From: Eledone cirrhosa
Lineage: Eukaryota
Assembly (NCBI GenBank): GCA_964016885.1
Contig: OZ024743.1
Coordinates: forward strand, 349,432,001 to 349,496,000
Length of the DNA: 64,000 nt
Direction of reading: 5' to 3'
Shown here: positions 1-18,722 of the stretch, in pieces
Layout: every line of letters starts with the position of its first letter
Position numbering within the stretch: position 1 is the stretch's first letter
Made by a program: the position numbers and the translations under genes
The notes under the pieces: model-generated
What the model was told of the DNA's origin: nothing
Database searches by the model: none
The model's input: the letters and a program-made list of their open reading frames with translations, nothing else

Positions 1-201
1 AAAAAAGTAATAATACAAGAAATGTATAAAAGAGAAAAATAAAGAAATATAGTAAGGGCATGTGTGTAAATGTGTGTATATGCAGATACATATGTATATA
101 TGTACATGTGTGTGTATATACAACTGCATGTGTATAGTGAAAAAAATGTGTGCGTAAGCAAATACATGAAGGCAAACATACTAGTGTATGTGTGACCACA
201 A

Positions 202-276
<75 letters not shown>

Positions 277-369
277 TTGAGTTTATGTTGGTTGTATACC
301 AACACCTCAGTATGCAGGCTGGAGCACTCGACGAAGTGCGCAGGTTGGTTTGGTTACTCCGGAGTAGTG

Positions 370-911
<542 letters not shown>

Positions 912-1249
912 GAAAATAGAAATTGTAAGATAATGGAGTTAGCGTACATACAGACTTAGGGACTAAGGGCTGAAATATATACACATACAAGGATGAAAGG
1001 ACGCACGCGTATAAACATACACACACGCACAAACACATACATGTATGTGATATATACAGGGAAGGGAGTGTATAAAGTTAACGCAGTGTCAGAGGGAAGG
1101 TCGATACAAATATAAAATATGAGGAATAAATGTAATAATATATAATATAAGAATAAAAATAAAAAATTAAGGCAAAGAGAAAGTTTGTGGGAGGGGTTGT
1201 AATATATAAAGTAACACAAAAAAAATAAATAAAAAAGAATGAGATAGAA

Positions 1250-3390
1250 AGCTTTGATTTTCGAGGAACACTTTATCACGGACTCTACAGAATACATTGA
1301 TATCAAGTTTCATAAATACCCACAAAGGGTAAAAGACATGACCACTTTTGAACTAGACTTAGTTAATTTAATTAACCAAATCAAATTCCGTAAGTACTTC
1401 AACTTTTTTCAATTTTAACTCTCTAACGATATTTCAAAATTCAAATCTTCTAAAAATAAGTTTATTTTCTCCGATAAAACTAAAAACTTATACGAAGTTA
1501 ATAATAACTTACATGACCAACTCTTAATAGATAGCATCGCCCCTAAATACCAAATAGCTAACATAAACACCTATAATACTATTAATAAGGACGCCAAAGA
1601 ATTAGCTAGTCTTTTTTTAAAGAGACAATAGAACAGAAAAACTTGCAAAACTTAATGCCTATATGACTCTTAAAGATCACAAATCTGATTTTAATAATCG
1701 TCCCAGTTATAGATTAATCAACCCTGCTGAGACTGAAATCGGCCTTGCTAGCAAAAAATATTAAATAACATAAAGAAACATATTAGAAGTAAGTCAGAAT
1801 TACTCCAATGGATAAATAGATCTTCTGTAGTACATTGGTTTAAAAATATTAATTTGACATGGTAGACTTCTACCCGTCTATTACGAAAGCATTAAATTTT
1901 GATAAAAAGTTTATTAATATTTCTGATATTGAAGAGAATGTCATTGTGCATGCTAGAAATACTTTATTGTTTACTAATTATGATACTCGGGTAAAAAAAA
2001 TCTAACCCAGAGAACCCCTTCGATGTCTCAATGGGTTCTTTTGACAGTGCTGACGTGTGTGATTTAGTCGGCCTATTCCTCCTCTACACACTTAAAGATA
2101 CATTCCCTAACCATACCATTGGGCTTTATCGTGACGATGGTCTAATTCTTTCCCATACTACTATAGGCCATAACTTAGACAGATTCAGGAAAGAGTTAAT
2201 AAAAACCTTTGCTAGTTTTAATCTTAAAATTACAATTGACACAAACCTTTCCAATGTTAATTTTCTAGATATAAACCTAGATATGCCTACTGCTTCTTAT
2301 AAACCGTATCATAAACCTAATGAAAATTTAAAATACATAAATAAAGGCTCTTGCCATCCTCCTATAGTATTTAAAAATCTCATCCCTAATATTAGCCGTA
2401 GGATCTCCACCCTCTCTTCCTCAGAAACTATTTTCAATAAGGCATCCCCCTACTATAATAAAGCCCTTCAAAATAATGGATTAAGTGAACCGATTAAGTA
2501 CATACCCAACAATACTAACTCCTTTAAACATAATTGTTTCTATTTTAGGCACAAGGCCAGCAATTACCCAGTACATTACTGGTACTTTATTTTATCGATC
2601 CCGTAAGGATGAAAGGCAAAGTTAACCTCGGCGGGATTTGAACTCAGATCATAAAGGGACGTAACTCTATGCTTCAAAGCATAGTGTCCGACTCTCTACC
2701 GATATTGCCAATCCACAATATAATAATAGGAAGAGAAAAATGATCTGGTTCACAACACCCTACTCTTTAGCAGTTAAAACTAATGTAGCCAAACAATTCC
2801 TAGAGCTCTTAGATTAACATTTCCTTAGAACACATAGATACTATAAGTTATTCAATAGAAACTGTGTCAAAATCAGCTACTCCTGCGGTCCCTCTATTAA
2901 TATTATATCCTTAATAAGAAAACCCCCAGAGTATATCAAAATTGCTCCTGTAGAGTCAAAAGTGAATGCCCATTACAAGGTAAATGCAACAACAAAGCCA
3001 ATGTATATGAGGCCAACGTGACAACCACCAGCAACAACCTACCAGCCACCAGCGAACGATATGTGGGTATGACACAAGACAAATTCAAAACGCGTTATTA
3101 CTCATATGTCGCATCTTTCCGACATCCTGAAGAAAGATTTACAACAGCTCTGGCTAGCAGAATTTGCGATTTGAAGGACCAAGTTATCCAATATGAATTA
3201 GATTGGTCAATTTTGAACCAATCTAAAGCATACGCAAGAGGAACAAGAAGATGCGCACTCTGCATAAGTGAAAAATATTGTATTTTACAGAACCTTAAAT
3301 CACCAAAAAAATGCCTAAATGCATAAACAGAAATTTTCACCAGTTGTCCACACATGAAATCACACTTGCTTTCCAGCTCATATAAACTTA
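1250..3390 (+). pseudogene. Penelope-like RT + GIY-YIG endonuclease ORF, frameshifted and interrupted by a SINE
   Basis: LKDHK..F..RLINP motif near 1670-1725, YRDD motif, KPY.KPN thumb region, WFTTPYS linker, GIY-YIG domain; several stops and frameshifts. Confidence 0.85.
2531..2715 (-). mobile_element. tRNA-derived SINE inserted in the Penelope-like ORF
   Basis: Reverse complement of the copy at 60264-60447; pol III B-box gagttcaaatcc on the - strand. Confidence 0.8.
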
Positions 3391-3860
3391 ACTCACTTTC
3401 AGACACTTATCCTCCATAAACTCTTGTTCTTCACTTTCCTTAACTTATCTCTTTTATAGACTTCTCATTCAGTTTTACTTATCTTTTATTTTTACTTTAC
3501 ATCCACTAGTGACCCCCTACTTGATTCATTAACTTTATATCTTAACAATTATACATTATTTACATTTATTTTACTTCCCCCTTTTCTTTCACTACCAGAC
3601 ATCACTTGTCACTTGAGTTTTTAACTCCAGATATTTTCCGTTGTCCCTCAGCCGCTTTTATGTATGTATACTTGCGTATATTTTGTACCCATTTATTCAT
3701 ACGGTTGTTTTTTTTAAATAGGAATGCGTATGTGTGCATGTATGTGTATACGTGTTTGTATGTGTATACGAACGCATTCGTATATGTGCGTGTATGTGTG
3801 CATGTGTGTGTGTGTGTGCGTTTACGTATATGTGTTTTCACATGTATATATATATATATA

Positions 3861-3929
<69 letters not shown>

Positions 3930-4389
3930 TCGCGTGCATGGTGTGAATAGATGTGCATGTATGTATATATATGTGTATATGTATGTATGCGTGTATATGT
4001 ATGTATGCGTGTATGTGTATGAGTTTGTTCGCGTATATGCATGTTTTCTACTTTTTATTTATTTTTCTTGTGTTACTTGATATATTACAACCCCTCCCAC
4101 TTACTTTCTCTTTGCCTTAATTTTTTTATCTTTATTCTTATCTTATATATTATTTCATTTATTCATCATATTTTATATTTGTATCGACCTTCCGTCTGAC
4201 ACTGCGTTGACTTTATACACTCCCTTCCCTGTATATATCACATACATGTATGTGTTTGTGCGTGTGTGTATGTTTATACGCGTGCGTTCTTTCATCCTTG
4301 TATGTATATATATTTCAGCCCTTAGTTCCTAAGTCTGTATGCACGCTAACTCCATTATCTTACAATTTCATATTTCAACATATATATAT

Positions 4390-6882
<2,493 letters not shown>

Positions 6883-6910
6883 TATTTAACATATTTAACA
6901 TATTTTCAAT

Positions 6911-6940
<30 letters not shown>

Positions 6941-6942
<2 letters not shown>

Positions 6943-7128
6943 GTATTTGTGGTCACACATACACTAATATGTTTGCCCTCATGTATGTACCTACGCACAC
7001 ATCTTTTCACTATACACATGCAGTTGTACATACACACACATGTACATATGTACATATGTATGTGCATATACACACATTCCCTTACTATATTTCTTTTTTT
7101 TTAATACATTTCTTGTATTATTACTTTT
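6941..7128 (+). repeat. Dispersed repeat, inverted copy of window positions ~3-207
   Basis: atgtatttgtggtcacacatacact...catttcttgtattattactttt is the reverse complement of 3-207 with scattered differences. Confidence 0.85.
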
Positions 7129-7202
7129 ATTTATTTTTTGCCCGTTAAACTTTTAGCCTTTCTTGAGGATATTTTTCAAATATTTCACTATGTTTTAAAT
7201 TG

Positions 7203-7270
7203 CCTTGTCTGACGAACGAATGCGGACGTTTCTTGTATTCATCTTATTCGGGAAACCTTTGGTAATGAGG
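7203..7270 (+). ncRNA. Type I hammerhead ribozyme motif
   Basis: ccttgt CTGACGA a-cgaat...attcg-g GAAA cc-ttt-gg TA atgagg; canonical core, GUA cleavage triplet, stem I with two G-U pairs. Confidence 0.7.
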
Positions 7271-7792
7271 TAATTATATTGTATTGTTTATTATACATTA
7301 AATATTTAGCTCTGTAACTTACATTGAACACTCTTCATTCCTCTGACTTTTTCAATTTTCAACGGAAACTTCAGTACATATATATACATATATATATATA
7401 TATATATTGTTATACCTGGGGAGGGCCATACTGCTGTAATAATATTGCCAGAAATAATAACAGAAACCACTCACTGTTTGGTTGGTTTTCGCTTCTATAT
7501 CTTTTATATCTCCATAGTTAATTCATTTGGCAATCAATTTTTATCATTGTTTGACCAACGGTTAAAAATACAGATAGAAATCTAATAACTAGAAATTGAT
7601 TAACATATAAATATACATGAATAATCACAGGAGATAATTTTTGCTCAGATTTATCTTAGAGCTTAATTTCCAGGATATATGGCGCATGCATTATGACATG
7701 ACAACCACAATTTCGATTTAGATTAAATTCGTTTAATTTATTTTATCTTAATTTGGGATTTAGATACATATAGATATAAATATATATATATA

Positions 7793-7852
7793 CTCTATCA
7801 AAGTTCTTTCGTTGCACACCTGCAACATCATTAGTGGTACTATTATTATGTT
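7793..7852 (-). ncRNA. Degenerate hammerhead motif 3' of the third Penelope-like element
   Basis: tacca CTAATGA t-gttgca-ggtg-tgcaac GAAA gaac TT tgata; G5 is mutated to A so it is probably inactive. Confidence 0.4.
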
Positions 7853-7893
7853 CCTTCCTTGTATTGTATTATAATGTGTACGCCATTTTTATT

Positions 7894-7948
<55 letters not shown>

Positions 7949-8169
7949 TCTGTCCGTCTCTGCGCATGCATTTGCGTGTGTGTATAAAGTTTGGTGTGTG
8001 TGTTCGCGTTTGAGTGTATGTGTTTTAGATTTTGTATTATATCTTTGTTTACTAGTGTGTGTTTATATGTTTGTTGTTATTGTACTTGTGTATATATTTA
8101 TTTATTTATTTATTTATTTATATTTCCCTTAATTCAATATTGTTTGTTTGGGTATGGTTGTTGTTATTC

Positions 8170-10110
8170 CATTCAGTCTTTCTGTTTAACTTTGGTCTTC
8201 TAAGCTCTATCTCAGTTGCTTCTCTGATTTGCCAGTCTGTTGAGTCATTTTTATGTTTAGATATTATTTTAATTTCTATGTTGTCTATATTACCGTCATG
8301 TCTTTGTCTGGCGTGTTCGGATAGCAGTGAACCCTTTTTTTTGTCCTTTTAGACCCCCCCCCCCAAGTGTTGGTCTATTCTTTCTCCTATGATTCAAGCT
8401 GTCTCACCTATGTATGTCGTTGTCATGTTACTGCAAGTACCCTGTGTACAGTTTTACAGTTTATCTGGGAGTTCATTTTACATATAACACATTTCTTATT
8501 AGTACAGTGGGTTTTCTTAAAGGGGTATGTTTTGGTGATCAGGGATGTTATGGTAGTTTCTGGCTTTTATACTACTTCAATCTTTAAATGGGTCTTTTTA
8601 CATTGGTTAGTTACCCCCCCCCCCCCCGGGGGTAGCATATACGAACATGACACTCTGGTATCTCTGGTTCTCGTACAATGAAGTGGACTTCCCTATCTTA
8701 TGTTTAGTCCTATCTAAGCTATTCCATGATTTGCTCCTGTTTAATGGGCAAGTTCTTTTCATGTCCATTTCTATGAAGGTCTCATACTTCTCCGTGGCTC
8801 CCTTTGGTTGTAGCCAGAGAACTGCATGCGGTTGATGAAATGTTGGATGTGTCTTTCCATTTCAATTGGGTCGCACATGCGGGACACATCCTGCGTCACT
8901 CCTACCAAGTCTGCGATCAGAATATTAAACTTAGCACTATTGGACATTGCTGAGTTTTTCAGTATCAGGTATTTAGAGGCCATGGGTTTAACATAGTGTG
9001 AGTGGAGAATTTGGGACCTCTTGTCTATAGTGTTAATCCAAAGTTCCGTGTCTAATACTGGTAGTCTATTCTTAGGGTGTTTGGAAGAGTAGTCAACAGT
9101 TACAGTTATACTCTTGTGTGTGGAGTTAGCTATCTGCTGGATGCTTTCCATTGTTCTATCTTCTAAATCATGTTCATTAGTACTCTCTTGTGGTGGTGTT
9201 TTTATTACTATATTAATATCGTCTACCTAACGAGAGTACATGACGAGCTCTATGGAGCTCTCTTCAAGGAGTTCTTTGAGTCTCCTTTCCCACCAGATTG
9301 GCAACAGCACCAGCTATGTTGACGCCAATGGCAGCTCCCTCATTCCGGGTGTAGATCTTTTCGTTAAATTTAAACATATGTCCCTTTAGGGTAGTTTTAA
9401 TACTAGCCCCTATTGCATGTGCAACCCTTTTTTTCACCTGATCATTGTTTTGGGGTATCCGTATGGCTTTGGTCCATCCATTCCATCTTCCCATGGGAGT
9501 CTTTTTAGCCACTGAGGTTATGGTGTGGGGGGGGTCTACCTCTTATGGGTGTACCGGGGCAGAAACAGCTAAGTTCATGGTTATCTAGGTACTCGGTGTC
9601 ATAAGTAAGTCAACGTAGGAGGCCCAGTTCACCTGTGTCGACGTCGCAGAGCTCCACTTCGCTCTCACTGATTATTTCCACAGCAAAATCAATGTTAATG
9701 GATGGGTACAGTAATACTACATCCATACTGCCTATTATGCAGTTAGATAAATTTTTCTTCTTGTTGCACTCGTTGATTCTGCTGAGGAGGTCCTCTGGGT
9801 CGTATAATCATCGAGAGGAAGTAGATCCTGTAGTTGCTAGCAATATTGGCTCCGCATACAGGTCTTGTTAGTGGTCCTGTCGTCGGGTCGTCGGTTGTCT
9901 TATGGGCTTTGCGGAGCCCATATAAGGGTGGTATGTCATTGTTAGACGCTTGGAAATTGTTGGCAGTGCGTCTGCTTGGCTTTAGGATGTCGGTCCACAT
10001 CATCATGTGAGCGTTGAGGATCTGCTCGCTCTCTCTCCTCATGTGTTTGTTGTGTTGTTTCGCTCGTGTTGAGGAGGTGGGGTTATATAGAATTGATATA
10101 GTTCGGCATG
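8170..10110 (-). mobile_element. Degenerate Penelope-like retroelement (different family, YVDD-type RT)
   Basis: PPLYGLRKAHK..RPVCGA (9743-10042), GAAIGVNIAGAVANL (9264-9512), R*VDDI near 9220, LPVLDTEL..HYVKPM (8771-9151), YVGETA remnant near 8400. Confidence 0.75.
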
Positions 10111-11454
10111 CTGTCTATTGACATCCGACCAGATTTATCTCTGGGTAGACACACTACCTCACCATCCCTTGTGCGCTACAGGTTTCCTTCCAAGTTGTTT
10201 GATTTCTGGTCTGCGTTGTCTCTTAGTATATTGGTCTACTACCTGCCTAAGCTTATTTCTAGCTGTGGTAAACTGTGCCTCGTCTATTTATTGTGGTATA
10301 CAAACTCTTTTATTAAAAGCTAATTTAGTGGGATAAATTTTGTTCATCTTGTATGTTTTGTCAGCTTGGTTAAAGAAGAGTTTCTATATTACTAAAATTG
10401 TAGTATTCTCAGCTGAATACTGTATGTATAGCGAAACAGCGGGATAAGATATAAGCACATATTGAACGGTGAGCGAGAGAGAAAGGAAGTGATGGAAAAG
10501 GAGAGGGTTAGAAGGAGAGAGATATATATACGGATATATAGAGATTCTGCAGTGCTGAGACCGTTGAGAACACTAATCATGTCAGTACTCGGTAAATAGG
10601 GAGATATGGAGATATAGAATGGGTATAGACATATTTAAAATTTCGACACACTCACACACATATTTATATATATATATATAGAGAGAGAGAGAGGAAGAGA
10701 GAGATGGGTGTGCGTCTGTGTGTGTATTTATAAATATATATATATATATGAATGTTTAACTTTCCTTACACAAAGAACATTTTATTCTATTTTTAATTCT
10801 TTTGCTTCTATTAATATGGTTTATGTTATTTCCTTATTACTGAATTTAGCTTGCATAATTGTTGCAGTTTTTTTTTCTTAATATATTCTATTAATGATAT
10901 TCTTATAATTGTTGTTACATCAATTAATAAGTATTGTTAAACTTGTAAGGTCTAGTTGTATTCCTGTAACAGTATTTTAATGTATTAGTCAAGCAAATCA
11001 ATGTTTAGCCACAGCACGTTTTATTTTTATTACTTATCAATTTTAATTGCATGTTTGCTTTAAAGGTATTTTAAATATGTTTACGTTTTCGGAATAGAGA
11101 TGTTCGGACATGTGGTCGGTATGCTATTTACGATCTTTAATAGAATCAGAAGAAACCAATACAGTAGTATTTGTTTCCTCACTGTATTGATAGAAACGTT
11201 CGTAAAGCAATGAAATAATTTAAGTTAATCCTGCTTGTTGCCATTCATTGTATATATGCTCAAGGGTATTGTAAAACTACTTGGAACGGCAGAAATTTGC
11301 CGATTGGATTAAACTTTGAACAGTCCACTTACCTATCTTGCTGTGGTCTATAGAAATGCATTTGAGCTATGAATTATTTTTACCTTTTTATGGTCGTGTT
11401 ATCAACACATCTAATCTTTTATATATATAAAATTTAAAGTCTAAAGTCTGTCTT

Positions 11455-11710
11455 AAACCAGAAGGCTCATTTGGCCGGTGCTTATCCCGGTGTGAATCGA
11501 CTGAGTGTACAAGAATCCCCCTGGATAGGGCGGCAGTCCATCGCAGGGTTAAACCCCCAACTATTGCTGGTACTTATTTTCAGCTGAGAATATTGGAGCA
11601 ACATGAAATCAAGTGTTTTGCTCAAGAGCACAACATGCAACCCAGGAATCGAACCCACGACATTATGATCGCAAGTTCTACACCCTTATAACTAGGCCAC
11701 GTACTTCCAC
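11455..11710 (-). mobile_element. tRNA-derived SINE with CORE-like central region
   Basis: - strand head tggcctagtt...gggttcgattcc (A/B boxes) followed by a ttgagcaaaacactt CORE-like motif. Confidence 0.65.
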
Positions 11711-12107
11711 ATTATATATATATATATTTATATGTGTTCGTGTGTGTGTATCAGTATGTAAATATGCGTTTGTTTGTGGCATTGTTAACTTTTTCTGTGT
11801 TAATCTTTACTAAACTATATTTAACAAATAAAATTGCTAAATCTTCCTTTGTGTTGAATGGAGATACTGAGAACACGATTCCAAAGAACTTAGTGAAAAA
11901 TATCTATTTAATTGAATGACATAAAAAAATAACTTATTAAATAATGGTTAATTTCTGGAAAAAGAATTGATAACAAAATGAAACATGCAAATGTTATCTT
12001 AGACGAAATGGTAATTGATATTAAACATCTGAAGACTTATAGCATTACTAAATCAACACCCTAACACACACACAGAGACACGCACACACAGACACACAAA
12101 CACACAT

Positions 12108-12229
<122 letters not shown>

Positions 12230-12365
12230 ATATATATATATATATATATACACATATGATATATTGCATAATATATGGGATGAGTAGAAAGCTGATATGC
12301 CTTTGAAATTTTGGATATTGAGCATAGAAAATTACGTATATAAATTTAATCGAATATATTTGTAC

Positions 12366-12407
<42 letters not shown>

Positions 12408-12500
12408 CTCATATAAAATATGTGTACATACATATAATAGAAAACATAGAAAATATAATGAAGATAATTTCTATTATATATTGCGTCCTACACATATTCA

Positions 12501-12571
<71 letters not shown>

Positions 12572-12895
12572 GCAAATGTTTATATACACACAGTTTCTGT
12601 GTACACTTGAGTAATTGCAAATACATACATGTACCATTCAAATACACACACACACGTAAACAAAAACATTCATACACATATATATTTATGTGTGGGTGTA
12701 TTATTGTATGTGACTGAGTTTATATGTGGTACAGTGTGCTTTTGTGCAACACAAAACAAGTAATATACGAGATACCATAGAAAATTGATATTAAAATTAA
12801 ATGATAGGAGCATCGTAAATTCTTATTAAAAAACATACACGCGTACATATTTGCTAATGCGTTTACACTGAAACATAATTACATATAATAATATG

Positions 12896-12967
<72 letters not shown>

Positions 12968-12970
12968 TGT

Positions 12971-13062
<92 letters not shown>

Positions 13063-13381
13063 GTGTGGGTGTGTGTGTGCGTGTGTGTGTTGGTGTGTGT
13101 GTCATTACCATGTACAGATGAAAAATATTAATGAGATACGATTTGTGTTGCACACATTGACATCATCAAGAACGCGCATCTAATGTAGTGTTCACACGAG
13201 CAAATGAAAGAAACCTCACATATATCAACATTATATCTTACTCTGAATATAATGTGTGTTTTTTTAAAAAAAATAAAACTAATAAAATATTTGAAGTACA
13301 CGTTTTCCCCTCTTTTTGTTATAAAATGATAAATATTAAATTCCATTAATTCATTAATGCAATATATATATATATATATAT

Positions 13382-13455
<74 letters not shown>

Positions 13456-15266
13456 TATGCATACACACACACACATACAGAAAGACACACATAAATATAT
13501 ACACTCACATAGACACACACAAGTATATATATATATATATATATTCATTAAAATATAAACGACGTGTGCCTTAGTTAAGGGAGATATATGCTATTGTACA
13601 GAGCTTCTATTTATTTATTGAAACGTAAATATATTCAGACATATACACTCACACTGACGCATACACACACACATGCATTCGCATATATATATGAAGCGTG
13701 GTAAGTGTTTGTGACTGAGTTCTTTGTGTGTCTGTGTATATGTGTACGATCGCATGCATTGCATATTTGAAATACATCCTACCAAATTAATCTTGGATAT
13801 TACTGACAATCTCGCACAGATTTCTATTCTGTAGTCATTCTTTTAGCAGTATGAATATCAATAAAAAAAATAACAATATAAAACGTTTGTCAACCGTTGC
13901 TGATTCTCTTGTCAACCCCAGTACCATTTTTTCTTTTCTCTTCAGAGAGATCTTGGCAAGAGATGCCTCTAGATTAATTCAGGTCAACTACGATTTAAGG
14001 TGGCTTAAATCCGTTCTGTTTAAGATTATCCTCATCCATATTCGGATTCTCGGAATGATCGATACGTGCCCTTCAGATACATTACATCAGGATTGAAATA
14101 AACAACAAATTACCAGTGTAGGAGATTCTTTTATAGGTTTGTTGTATCATAGTTGTAGTAGAAGGGGTGTAATTATCAAATATTTAACTATTACAAAGAG
14201 GATAGAGTAATCCAACACTGAGAAAGTTTGAACATGTTACAATGCTTATTACGTCAACCGGACGTTTAATCTTTTAGGTACAAGCTAAAAATGTTTTTAA
14301 TTAGTGGCCAGGGATTTTTTGGCGTAACATCTATCGTTCTCAGTTGGTGTCCGAGAGATGCGGGTTCGATTCTTCACCGGTGCTTCATTCCACGTTAGTG
14401 AAAATTATATACTCTTTGCAACGGAATTGGAGCCATCTTGCTACGTATTTGGCAAAATTATTTCGAACTTTCCTACTGAAATCCAGCATGGATTACTGAA
14501 AAATTGTCCATGAATATATGGATATTTTAACCTTAAATAATTTGTATTTTCAGAAGACAACTTTTCAAACATCAACCCTGTAATACGGTTTTTGCAATTG
14601 GGCAATTACTTTATCACACTGCTCGGAATGGATTGGGAAAATTAAACGCATGATTTTGTAAATACAGAAATTATAAACGATTTTTACATGAGACGATTTT
14701 TAAATGAGGACAATCAATTTTAGGAAGTAGATACGTCTCTAAAAGCTCCATGTTACTCCAAATTGTGTTTCATGAACATCGAAAATGAAGCAGATAAATT
14801 GCGTATATCCCATGGCGTAACTGAGTCGATAGTTGTACAGAGAGTGTAATTATGGGCAAATGATAACTGGGTTTCTTGAGCCATATGTATGAATCCTCAT
14901 AAACATTATTTGCAAACTGACTAAATCCGTGGAATGATAATTGACAAATCCAATAGGCTACTTAGATATTAATTAACGCCTGTCGTTTCTGATGGTGCGT
15001 CTGAAAGTGATATATTGATGCAATGAGGATGAGAAATGACCAAACTTTTTATATAGAATTAACTTCCTCGAACAATTCTTATGTTTAAATGTAGATCTAG
15101 CGCTACGACACTAAATTTTAGCAAACGCTGTAAATATTCGCCAGATATATAATACGCTTAACGATTGTTATACTGAAAGGACTGTTGGCTGAAATATATA
15201 TGCTGTAGAGACCATCTCAATTTTAAAGAATTATAGGGATTAGGCCCAAAACATTATTATTATTAT

Positions 15267-15323
<57 letters not shown>

Positions 15324-15349
15324 CAGCAGCAGCAGCAGCAGTAGTAGTG

Positions 15350-15388
<39 letters not shown>

Positions 15389-15622
15389 AGTCAGTAAGTA
15401 GTAAGTAAGTAAGTAAGTAAAAGTCGGAACGGGAAGAATAAGAAATAAGAACGAGCTCCAAGAAATATGTAAAGATTAGTTGTTGATATGCTTGAAGAAA
15501 ATATCTGTCGCTCTCTCCCTCTTTTGCTCTCTCTCTCTCTCGATCTTTCTCTCTCTCTCTCTTCACCTATCTATCTCTCTCTCCCTCCCTCTCTATATTT
15601 CTCTTCATCTCTCTCTCTCCCT

Positions 15623-15717
<95 letters not shown>

Positions 15718-15738
15718 ATGTGTGTGTATGTGTGTGTG

Positions 15739-15774
<36 letters not shown>

Positions 15775-16228
15775 CAAGAACTCACAAACAGATGTACAGA
15801 CAACAAATGTGGTTCAGTGTATGTGTATATATATATATGTTTATATCATAAGATCAAGGGAATGAAAGGTGAAATACCAGTTTGTCTTTGATATGGAGAC
15901 GTTAGCTATTATATACTACAAACCTTCTTCTAATTGGTCTGTTTGTATACTTAAGGATAGCCCTCCGATAATAAATGTGTATGAGGACATTAATATAGAG
16001 AAAGAAACGTCCGAAATGTGTAGAAAGAATTTAAAAAATAGATGATAAGAGTGGGATTTTATCTAGAATCTGAAAGAAGTACGTGATAAATATATAGCTA
16101 TTAATGATAGGATGGGTTTTGTGGAAGAATGCCTCCTGTGAAGTCGGTTGGTTCTGTTTTCTTTTACTGTGAATAAAAATGAATTCACGAATACACATTC
16201 GTTTATGCAAACGTATACATATAACAAT

Positions 16229-16292
<64 letters not shown>

Positions 16293-16329
16293 CCTGTGTG
16301 TGTATGTTTGTGTGTGTTTGCGTATATAG

Positions 16330-16364
<35 letters not shown>

Positions 16365-17510
16365 TGTGCGTGTGTGTGCGTGTGTGTGTGTTGTGCATAT
16401 GAAAATGAGAAAACTCATTAATAACAGTCGTTAAAACACCCAAATGCTGTCAAAGAAAAAGAACGGTGAAAAGGCTCAGAGAGCAGAGACCAGCGGTCAG
16501 TGATTGGCAGTGACATGCAGATGAAATAGAGAAAATATTGAAAGAGGAGGAGTATTTTGGCGCAGAGAAGTAACTGGAAGTAACCACTTGTCTGAGTCCT
16601 CTGACATATGTTTGCACATCCCTGTCTTTGACAGCAGTTGGATGATTTAAGGACTGTTCTAGCGATGAGTTTTCTCATTTTTATATGTATTTAATTATAT
16701 CTTCGCTTCGTCACGATCAAACACATAGTTCTACATGGGCTGTGTTTCCTCTTCACTAGCATATTCTCAGCCATAGCCTTTCTTCTTCTTCTTATCAGCT
16801 ACAATAAGTTTTTATTTAATCTGAAGTATGTAGGAGTACATCTTATTTTTCTCTTTGACAAACCTTCTTTGGGTTTCTTCACGGAAAACCAAGAATTGGC
16901 TTCAAAGTAGATATCGTTTTGGGCTCTGTGCACGTTTATAACTTTCTTTGAAAGTTTGATGGTTGATCGAGAATGGGTAGGAAGGTCCTGATATTCTCTA
17001 ATATCCCAAATAGTCTCAAATTTCTTCACCTAGTTTTGTATATTGACTTTGAAGGGAGATTTGTGCATTCAAAAAATGCATGAAATTGCTCCTGAATTTG
17101 GTTGTAAAAAGCCACAATTATAGTAGTATTTCGCACAAACAATACCGGACTTGAGGTCCCATTAGGGCTTCTCTTATCAGACATTGTAATCGTCAAGAAA
17201 TTTAAAGTTAATCGGTTACATAACATACAGTGACACAAAACGTGAGCAGGGCCAGTTGGGAACCGATGAAGGCTTCAAAATCATTATATTTGTCCGTTCC
17301 ATTGCCGCTTTAGTTTGGATTGCCTCGAGAACGTAACCTTATTTCAAGATGATGTTGGTTGGTGAGATCATGACACTGATTACGTGAAATCACGTGGCCT
17401 ATGTCATCATTGAAATATGTATCACAGCCTTATCAATAAAGGACTCTTTAACTTATTTAACATCTACAACTTCATTATTCTCTCCTTTGTTCTGTTTGTT
17501 CATTTTCAAC

Positions 17511-17640
<130 letters not shown>

Positions 17641-17709
17641 TGTGTGTGTGTGTGTGTATGCGTGTGTGTGTGTATCTATATAAATCTGTATCTTCTATTA
17701 CTCTTTAGA

Positions 17710-17915
17710 GAAGCCAAGGGTAAATAGTTTTGGTAACCGCTAACGAGCGACAAACAGGACTGCCAATTACTCCCCTTAAGTAAGTGACATAGTCACTACT
17801 TTAAAATTCATAGCGAATGGTCTTCAAATTGTTTTTAATTAAACATAGTGTATATTATCAAATATACTATATATACATTCATGTATATATCGCTATTTCA
17901 GAGCACCAACACTAA
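17710..17915 (+). repeat. Dispersed repeat related to ~53470-53700, with a decayed hammerhead motif
   Basis: gtcactactttaaaa...cgctatttcagagcaccaa shared with 53574-53692; ctaacga..aaacag-ga-ctgcc parallels the hammerhead at 53495. Confidence 0.6.
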
Positions 17916-18356
17916 TACATAAATATATATGTTCATATGCATACACATAAAACATGAGTGTGTATGTGTGCTGAATAGTATCATAATAGTATGGCAAATA
18001 CAACGAAATATTAAATGAGAGATGTTCTGCAATTAACAATAGATTATTCTACATAGCTACTCACTATCATTAACCATTAAACTCATTGTGAATATTTTAA
18101 TCACAAATCCAGATCACTATCAATATAAGCAACATGAACAATCTTCCTTTTTCATTCCAGTCATGGTTACCTCCACGACCTTAACAATTAGCACCACCCC
18201 TACATATTACCACCAGCAACACCACCCTCATCATTATCTTAATAATAATTTTAAAAAATAATGACAATAATACTATTGTCTCCTAACTTTCTCATTAATG
18301 TCACTATCATAAAAATTGTTTTTTCACCATATCAGATACATAATCACCACCATATC

Positions 18357-18461
<105 letters not shown>

Positions 18462-18722
18462 TTTCTTTATTAACCACAAGGGTTTACATAAAGTAGACAT
18501 TAAGGACAGTGCAGGACAATGCAGGACGGTACAAATGGGCATTTCTGCGTGTAAAAAAAACAAAAACAGAGGATGTAACAAAAATAACAATGAAAATAAC
18601 AATGAAAAATTCCCCAATAGGGGGGAGACTTCGGAGGGACATTTGTGGAGAAAGCCCAGTAAAAAGCCACAATGACCCTGACCACCAAGGCAAGTGCCCT
18701 CTCCCAGTTTTCCACCTTTAGT

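Noticed and set aside
11145-11210. Hammerhead-like CAGAAGA...GAAAcgttcgTA
   Set aside because: Stem II is present but the core is mutated and stem I does not pair
14320-14390. tRNA-like sequence with gggttcgattc B-box
   Set aside because: No cloverleaf; at most a decayed SINE head
13900-17400. Possible hAT transposase remnants (VVSDGAS near 14970)
   Set aside because: A single short motif among many stops, with no TIRs; needs tBLASTn
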